From NCBI GenBank assembly GCA_002189035.1, contig NEEC01000012.1, positions 3,286,001-3,350,000 of the forward strand: a stretch of DNA of 64,000 nucleotides, given 5' to 3'. The translations under genes were made by a program, and so were the position numbers. Below are positions 1 to 7,700 of this stretch, one piece after another (within the stretch, counting starts at the first letter, position 1; each line of letters starts with the position of its first letter). The DNA comes from Utricularia gibba (lineage: Eukaryota > Plantae > Magnoliophyta). Under the pieces are notes generated by a model. The model ran no database searches and was not told the origin of the DNA. It was given only the letters and a program-made list of their open reading frames with translations.

Positions 1-73
1 CGTCACTCATATTATGTTTGCCAGCCATTTCCTACATCATGCATATAATAAAATAAAGCTCAAATCTTAACAG

Positions 74-704
74 AAAGATGGGCGAACAAAGAAGCGCACA
101 GGAAAAGGAAGGAAGGATCAGAAATCTCCTGAAGGGAGCACATATAGCAGCAAGATGGATAGGAGGTTCAGATCACGAGGAAGGTGATACACATACAGCT
201 CATCAGAAGTTGATCCGTGGGGCGGACTATGCAAGGTATGTATTATTGCTTTTTACCAAATCCCATCTTCAACTTTGAAACGAGTTTGTTTTTGACTTAC
301 GAGTAGGATGAAGCTTGAAAATGCCACACTCAAGGAGAGCGTGGAGAGCATGGAGCACCTTGTCTCTTCTGTCCAAAGACTCCGGCTTTCACTCGAAAAG
401 GTTATCCCACCTTTCATTTGAACTCAAACGAATAACCCATGACTGGTTGTCTCAGTTGCAGATCAAGGATTCAGGTAGTGGGATCATTAGTTCCCAATGC
501 ATGTCGTTGGGTCAGATCATCGCAGAAGCAAAACTGATCAAGACCGCACTGAGTAGTTCGTGGCAAGGAAGCAACGAGAGGATGGACTGCGTCTCTGCTG
601 CAGGACTCGAAATGGTGGAGCTCCTCATCATTGCAGCCCAGTTTCTTAGACAGGAGAGTCAGTCTTCTTCGTCTTCAGCTCCCATGGGGCTAGCTACTGG
701 CTAG
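74..704 (+). CDS. 3' end (last three exons) of a plant coiled-coil protein of the At3g49055/At1g24560-like uncharacterised family; 5' part lies upstream of the window
   Basis: Exons 74-235, 307-400 and 462-704 are joined by GT-AG introns 236-306 (71 nt) and 401-461 (61 nt) with consistent phases. The spliced peptide is ...QEKEGRIRNLLKG...GADYAR|MKLENATLKESVESMEHLVSSVQRLRLSLEK|IKDSG...IIAEAKLIKTALSSS...DCVSAAGLEMVELLIIAAQFL...*. From memory it matches the C-terminus of At3g49055-like proteins (DFARMKIENATLKES...SAAGFEMVELLILAAQ). Stop TAG at 702-704. An alternative acceptor at 455 is also in frame. Confidence 0.72.
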
Positions 705-1201
705 GGCTCATTAAGAGTAAGTTCAACGGCGTGTTCAGTTTCAGCCTTTTTAATAGAATTACCTATCTGTATCATCATTATATGTCAATAGTCAAGTTCA
801 ATAGCGTTATTAGCAAAAAAACACATGCTGAAACTGAAGCCTTGTTCTACATATCAGATTCACACATGATGAAGATGTTCAGTAGCATGCATATAACTGG
901 AGACCTAGAGCTTAACTCACCGATCGAAATTCAAACACTTTGCTTGCAAACATGAGTCCAGGTTCATATTTTCTTGAGTTCTAGTCTTGTGACTTGTGAA
1001 ACACAACTTGATTCAGCCCCTTCAAGTACACCAGCCGAGCATGTACATGCCTTTTACTGTTCTATTCACTCGAGCCCTTCATCCATCTCAACTCTTTCAT
1101 AAACCATGCATACTTCCATGAAATCATTCACTAACGGCAAAACTCGTTAGCTCTGTTCAGAACTCGCATCAAGGCTAAGAAACTACACTTCTGCTCAGAG
1201 G

Positions 1202-3298
1202 CTAAAACTCATCTGGTTTCAAATGGTATGTGACGAGTTGAGCCAAGATGTCAACCCAAGTATCAGGGACGCCAGGAAGGCACCAATGCATGCAATCTTG
1301 GCCCCATACCGCCACAGCATCCTTCTTCCCTAGCCAAATGGCAGGGTGCGCATCGGCTCTGAACTCACTTAGATGAGTCAGGTCCATTGGCATGATGCTG
1401 GTGCCCTGTAATGCCTCGTCGATGATACGATTGAGCTTTCTTGCTTCTTTGTTCACTCCATTGTTAACAGGATCAAACCATGAATCGAGCTGGGGAACAA
1501 TGAGTAGAAGCAGTGAGTGTCGTGGGAATGGCTGGTTCTGAGTATGTGTTATGTACCTGCGATTCCTGAAGAGGATCATGAAACAAGCAGCTTCCGTTCT
1601 GATTCCACTCACCCCCATAGAAGTGTCTTGGGACTGCATTCTCCAGAGCTTTATTGTGGTGCTGGGAACAACATTTTCAATGTAAGCTACCATTTTCTCA
1701 AGGACCACGTTGAACCCATCCATCATTTGCAATGGCGGATGGATTGGTCGACCGTGCTCGAAAAATACAAGAGGTGTCTCATTTGGGAACTTATCATATC
1801 CCCACCTGGAACACGAAAGAACATACATAAAATTTAATGAGAAAGACAAGTTACATCCATTTGGGATTAAGGAGGGAAGAGAAGAGGGAATCACCAGTGG
1901 CCAGTGTTGAAGATCAAAACATGGTAAAAGTCAGCAATATTAGACCAATCGTCTGCAGGAATATCCACATCAACTCGGTACACTCCCTTGGTAGCTTTCT
2001 GGAAGGGCAGATCAACCTTGGGCTGTTCAGCCTTGAACCTTAAAATATCAGCTACTGCTAGTGAGGCAGTCATACACAGCACACAGTTAAAAAAAGAAAA
2101 GCTTAGGTCCTAATAAAAGGGGCCGCTAGGCACAGCTTTTTCCATGAGAAAAACCCACTCCATCAAATTCTAAGATAGATATGATTGTGTCAATCAAACC
2201 GTCGCCACTCGGGACACAAAATTGTTCTAAACAATTAGCCCATCTACCCCAACCTTAGTACTAGACAAAGCTTAGTTGAGCAATTGGAGGCATACTATAG
2301 TTGTGTCAAACATTCTACTGGTAAATGAAATAGACTACTCAACGATTATGATTCCAGGGGAAAAAAAACATTTTCTAGTGTTACTGTTGTGCATCAGCCA
2401 ACTCAACATAAGCATTAAAAGAGAACAATACTAGCATGAGAAAAACTCACACCATCAAATTCTAAGATAGACATGATCTGTGTCAATCAAACCGTTGCCA
2501 TTTGACACACAAGACTGTTCTAACCAGTTAGCCCATCTACCCAACCTTAGTACCAGACAAAGCTTACTTGAGCAATTGGAGGCATACTATAATTGTGTCA
2601 AACATTCTGCTGGTAAATGAAATAGACTACTCAACGACTATGATTCCAGGGGGGAAAAAAACATTTTCTAGTGTTACTGTTGTGCATCAGCCACTTCAAC
2701 ATAACCATTTAAAGAGAACAATAGTGACATGAGAATGTAGCAGCACTTACTCATACTTGGCAAGCAAAACTGCTCGATGATAAGCAACAGTGACATTATA
2801 TTTGGGGAAATACGCCCCTCTCCAAGCACCTTTCCTCTTCCATTTCTTCGCACCAGCATCCGCTACACTCAAGATACACAACAGGGATACCAAGAAGTTT
2901 TCGTTTAAAGAATCCCCAACCAACCCAACATTCTTATTCCTCATTAAACGCATAAAAGCCTCTGCATCAACCCGATTCAATTCACATTTTTCAGGAACCC
3001 ATTTCCACGAGTTTATCTGATCCATGTTTTCCCTTTGGTTCCTGATGCAGTTCCAGGAGTTTCGGTGAAATGGGCAGGTGGAATCGTAAAAGGGCTTGCG
3101 AGAGGGATCGGAAACCCACCGTCCTCTGAGAAGGTTGCAAGGGGCGGAGGGTAAATGTCTGATCTTTGAAGAGGGAGATTCATGGGAGGTCATGACGGAG
3201 AAGGGGAAGACAGTTGAGTATAAAAAGATGATCAAGCATGAAGCAATAATTAGCCATGGGAATGGCGAGAGAGCCCTAGAAGTGAGCTTGAACGCCAT
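1202..3298 (-). CDS. TBL13: Trichome birefringence-like (TBL/DUF231, PMR5N + PC-esterase) polysaccharide O-acetyltransferase, TBL13 orthologue; ~409 aa if a 1-bp deletion at 1630-1632 is corrected
   Basis: Exons on the - strand are 3298-2751, 2038-1895, 1805-1557 and 1489-1202, all with GT-AG introns (712, 89 and 67 nt). The protein has an N-terminal TM segment, CNLLRGRWV..CPF..NSWNC..N.R (TBL domain), the GDS catalytic motif (VGDSLNENF) and the DxxH motif (QDCMHWCLPGVPDTW). It also has TBL13-specific blocks: KKWKRKGAWRGAYFPKYNVTVAYHRAVLLAKY, GHWWGYDKFP.ETPLVF, NNGVNKEAR, SEFRADAHPAIWLGKKDAVAVWGQD. Exon lengths sum to 1229, one base short of 410 codons. Confidence 0.9.
2143..2735. repeat. Direct tandem duplication of ~292-293 bp in TBL13 intron 1
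   Basis: Copy 1 (2143-2434) and copy 2 (2435-2727) align end to end, e.g. ccatcaaattctaagataga, gagcaattggaggcatactata and acattttctagtgttactgttgtgcatcagcca are in both. The 8-mer catgagaa occurs at 2143, 2435 and 2728. Confidence 0.95.
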
Positions 3299-3307
3299 GT
3301 ATCCGCG

Positions 3308-3903
3308 TCAGGTACTCTTCAAAATTCTTCCCATGATCTTCCAGGTACTCCCTGGTCCCCCTATCTCCAGCAACCGATCAACAACGTGGGACGCCGCCAA
3401 ACAGATAAATGACTCTGAATTGGCACTCCCCTGAGGAAAAAAATTGCTTGGCCCGTCCTTCCCAACCGCTTCCTGCTGCCTTAGCTATAAAATACGTACA
3501 ATCAACGGGTTCTCTGGCAAGGTCTTGCCTAGAGATCTGGGCGAGATCACGCTCCGAAGAATAAAGCAATCAAATGCATACGGCATTCCGGAAACTTACC
3601 AATCGTGGACCAACCACATTTCCCTGAAATTCACCGAAATTGACCAGAATCTCCACTTTCACTCTTTTCAAACTACATTGCCAGGGCTGACTGCATCTCC
3701 AAAACACTGAACAGATTCCGGGCTTCAGCGCGATTCACCCCTGCACTGCGCAAAGGCAAACACATATTTTTGATGAAAGAGAAAATATCAAGAAATTTTC
3801 GATATTTGAGGGAGTGAAAGTAGAGTTACAGAAACGATCGGGGGTAAAATGGCAATACATGAAAAGTCATCTCCTCCATGTTTTCGGAGCTTAAAACAGC
3901 CAT
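3308..3903 (-). other. Unidentified chain of exon-like blocks with GT-AG introns immediately upstream of the TBL13 ATG (5'UTR exons/uORF or decayed gene)
   Basis: The acceptors are strong (tttttttcctcag| at 3431, aatttcag| at 3624, gcagtgcag| at 3741), as are the donors (|gtaagt at 3599, |gtacgt at 3499). They define 24-nt (3623-3600) and 29-nt (3528-3500) exons and 71/69-nt introns. One phase-consistent join reads GKCGWSTIGKTLPENPLI|GSANSESFICLAASHVVDRLLEIGG...KST*, with TGA at 3310-3308. I do not recognise the family. Confidence 0.3.
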
Positions 3904-4095
3904 GGTGTCCTTTCTTCGGGATAAATAACACATTTGATTCCCGTTCCAACTGCTTCTAAACAAACAATATGGTGACAAATTATAACATACAATTTTACAA
4001 CAACCTAATCAAGAATCAACCCAACTATGCAACCGATACGCAGCATTGCATTCTACATGCTGCTAAACATCATTAGATTGGTTGCAAGGAGATGC

Positions 4096-4621
4096 TTAAG
4101 AATGGTTATAAAGGGTGTGGTGTGCACTACTTGGTTTTGCAAACGACGAGTCATTGCTCACTCGTTGCTTTTTCACTAGCCTAGAAGTTGGTGTATCACC
4201 TTGGTGATTGGAATTAGGGGATGGAAGCTAATGTCAGGAGGAGAAGAATTCATCATCTCCAAGAGCATGTTCCTTTGCAGGATTTCCAAGCAATGAAGAT
4301 TCGGGTGCTGGTCCAGGGGTCACTGGATAAGGCTTTTCAGGATCAAGACCAGTTGTAGACGACTCTGAGGCAGGTGATTCTGAAAGAACTTTGCTTAGCC
4401 GATGCTGTTCTTTGATAATTTTCTTCAAGTACTTCCCTTGTGCCTCAATGCGTAGTTGTAGCTATCTTTGTACCTTTTGATTGAATATCCAGTAAGAATA
4501 GAGGACTATGAAACATCAATAAGAAAATTTGACGCTTAAAAATGAACATACCTCCAACTATTCATGGAGGTGCCTCTGCACCTCCATCTGGAGCTTTATG
4601 GCTTTTGATATTTGCATTCCA
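4096..4621 (-). pseudogene. PHL7: 3' half of a PHR1-like MYB-CC (GARP) transcription factor pseudogene, most similar to PHL7; MYB domain exons absent
   Basis: Exon 4621-4552 (70 nt, ttttttgatag| ... gag|gtatg) reads GMQISKAIKLQMEVQRHLHE*LE. After intron 4551-4474, exon 4473-~4096 reads VQR*LQLRIEAQGKYLKKIIKEQHRLSKVLSE...PAKEHA...EFFSS*H*LPSPNS...KKQRVS..SFAKP. This is the canonical LHEQLE coiled-coil motif plus a PHL7-type tail. In-frame stops are at 4560-4558, 4464-4462, 4236-4234 and 4230-4228. Confidence 0.88.
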
Positions 4622-4632
4622 CTATCAAAAAA

Positions 4633-4742
4633 GTGAATGTGGTGGCCACGTTGTGGCACATCTGAAGACTAATATAAGGCAAAAATTCGAGCTCTGATGT
4701 ATACTCGGACAAAGAAGTTATCAACACGAAAGATGACCGGCT
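4633..4742 (-). repeat. Inverted ~110-bp fragment of the satellite monomer capping the array
   Basis: gtgaatgtggtggccacgttgtggcacatctgaagactaatataaggc...gaaagatgaccggct is the diverged reverse complement of the monomer segment agccggtcatcttccgtgttgaaag...gtgccacaaattggccaccacgttcgc. Confidence 0.92.
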
Positions 4743-7700
4743 ACGACTCAACGCGAATGTGATTTTCGGCTTGCAAAACATATATATTTCATAGGACGAT
4801 GTGAAATTTTTATTTTCGAGGCGATCCTATAAGATACAATGGATGTGTCCCTACCCACAACATCATGGTGGCCTCGTGCACCGTTTGGTATCTAGTCGAT
4901 ATCTTGAAAACTATGATGAGTCCCGTTGTAGATGGCATGCCGTTTCGAAGCTCGTTCTGAGCCGGTCATCACCGTGTTGAGAACATCTTCGTTCGGGAGG
5001 CATCAGAGCTCGAATTATTGCCTTATATTAGCCTTTGGATGTGACACAAAGTGGCCCCCATGTTTACAATGATGCAACTCGGGGCACCAGACTCGACATG
5101 ATTGTGATTTTCGGCTTGCAAAACATATGTGCATCATAGCATGATGTGAAATTTTGGTTTTCGAGGCGATCTATTAAGATGCTATGGGTGTGTCCCTACC
5201 CACAACCTAATGGTGGCATTGTGCACCATTCGGTATCTAGTTGATATCTAGAAAACCGTGATGAATCACGCTTCGCACAGCATATCGTTTTGAAGCTCAT
5301 TCTGAGCCAGCAATCCGTCGTGTTGAGAACTTCTTCGTCCGAAGATGCATCAGAGCTCGAATTATTGCCTTATGTTCGTGTTCATATGTGCCACAAAGTG
5401 GACACCATGTTCGCGACAATGCGACTCAGGACGCAAGACTCGATGCGATGGTGATTTTCGACTTGCAAGACAATAGAACGATATAAAATTTTGGTTTTCA
5501 ATGTGATCCCTTAAGATTCTATGGGTATGTCCCTCAAGGTATGTCCGTATCCACAGCCTCATGGTGAAGTCTCAGACCGTTCGGTATCTCATCAATATCT
5601 TAAAAACCGTGATGAGTCACGCTGCGCTCGGCATACAGTTTCGAAGATAGTTCCAAGCCGGTCATCTTTCGTATTGAAAGCTTCTTCGTCCGAGGATGCA
5701 TCGGAGCTTGAATTATTACCTTATATTAGCCTTCAGATGTGCCACAAAGTGGCCACCACGTTCGCGACGATGCGACTCGGAACACGAGAATCGACGTGAT
5801 TGTGATTTTCGGCTTGCAAAACATCTGCGTTTTATTGGGTGATGTGAAATATGGGCTTTTGAGGCGATCTCTCAACATGCTCTGGGTGTGTCCCTACCCG
5901 CACCCTCATGGTGGCCTCGCACATCGTTCGGTATCTCGTCTATATCCGGAAGACCATGATGAGTCACGCTGCGCCCGGCATACCGTTTCGAAGCTCGTTC
6001 CGAGTTGGTCATCTTTCGTGTTGAAAGCTTCTTCTTCCGATGATGCATCAAAGCTTGAAATATTGCCTTATAATAGCCTTTAGATGTGCCACAAATTGGC
6101 CACCATGTTCGCGACGATGCGACTCGCAACACTAGAATCCACGCGATTGTGATTTTCTGCTCTCGAAACATGTGCGTTTTATATGATGATGTGAAATTTC
6201 GGTTTTCAAGGCGATCCCGTAAGATGGTATTGGTATGTCCCTGCTCGCAGCCTCATGGTGGCCTTGCACACTGTTCGGTATCTCGTCGATATCTTGCAAA
6301 CTACAACGAGTCACGCTGCGCCTGACAAAAGGTTTGAAGCTCGTTCCAAGTGGGTCATTTTTCGTGTTGGAAGCTTCTTCGTCCGAAGATGCATCAGAGC
6401 TCGAATTATCGCCTTATATTAGCCTTCAGATGTGCCACAAAGTGGCCACCACGTTTGCGACGATGCGACTCGCAACACGAGAATCGACACGATTGTGATT
6501 TTCGGCTTGCAAAACATCTGCGTTTTATTGGGTGTTTTGAAATATGGAATTTCGAGGCGATCTCTGAACATGCTCAGGGTGTGTCCCTACCCGCAGCCTC
6601 ATGGTGGCCCTGCACATCGTTCGGTATCTCGTCTATATCCGAAAGACCGTGATGAGTCACGCTGCACCCGGCATACCGTTTCGAAGCTCGTTCCGCGACG
6701 GTCATCTTCCGTGTTGAAAGCTTCTTCGTCCGAGGATGGATCAGAGCTCGAATTATCGCCTTATATTAGCCTTCAGATGTGCCACAAAGTGGCCGGAACG
6801 TTTGCGACGATGCGACTCGGAACACGAGAATCGACGCGATTGTGATTTTCGGCTTGCAAAACATCTGCGTTTTAATGGGTGACGTGAAATATGGGCTTTC
6901 GAGGCGATCTCTGAACATGCTCAGGGTGTGTCCTACCCGCAGCCACATGGTGGCCTCGCACACCGTTCGGTATCTCGACGACATCCTGAAGAGTGTAATG
7001 AGTCACGCTGCGCCCGCCATACCGTTTCAAGCTCGTTCCGAGCCGGTCATCTTCCTTGTTGAAAGCTTCTTCGTCCGAGGATGCATCAGAGCTCGAACTA
7101 TCGCCGTATATTAGCCTTCAGATGTGCCACAAAACGGCCACCACGTTCGCAACGATGCGACTCGGAAACCTGAATCGACGCGATTGTGATTTTCGGCTTG
7201 CAAAACATCTGCGTTTTATTGGGTGATGTGAAATATGGGCTTTCGAGGCGATCTCTCAACATGCTCAGGGTGTGTCCTACCCGCAACCTCATGCTGGCCT
7301 CGCACACCGTTCGGTATCTCGTCGATATCCTAAAAACGCTGATTAGTCACGCTGCGCCCGGCATACCGTTTCGAAACTCGTTCCGAGCCGATCATCTTCC
7401 GTGTTGAAAGCATCTTCGTCCGAGGATGCATCAGAGCTTGAATTATCGCCTTATCTTAGCCTTTAGATGTGCCACAAATTGGCCACCATGTTCGCGACGA
7501 TGCGACTCGGAAAACGAGAATCGACCCGATTGTGATTTTCGGTTTGCAAAACATCTGCGTTTTATTGGATGACGTGAAGTATAGGTTTTCGAGGCGATCT
7601 CTGAACAAGCTCTGGGTGTGTCCTACCTGCAGCCTCATGGTGGCCTCGCACACCGTTCGGCATCTCGTCGATACCCTAAAGACCGTGTTGAGTCACGCTG

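Noticed and set aside
315-461. N-terminal part of the 129-aa ORF (MKMPHSRRAW...)
   Set aside because: This is an off-frame reading of exon 307-400 plus intron. Only 462-704 is in the coding frame.
731-955. 74-aa + strand ORF
   Set aside because: It lies in AT-rich 3'UTR/intergenic sequence, starts at GTG and has no recognisable motif.
1202-1894. 230-aa single-exon ORF
   Set aside because: It is a read-through of TBL13 intron 2, exon 3, the frameshift, intron 3 and exon 4, not a separate protein.
4234-4428. Stand-alone 64-aa ORF MKKIIKEQHRL...
   Set aside because: It is the stop-to-stop fragment of the PHL7-like pseudogene exon starting at TTG, not an independent gene.
4564-4587. Perfect 10-bp hairpin atggaggtgc-ctct-gcacctccat near the array edge
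   Set aside because: It is the coding sequence for MEVQRHLH in the MYB-CC exon, so the palindrome is coincidental rather than a terminator or transposon end.
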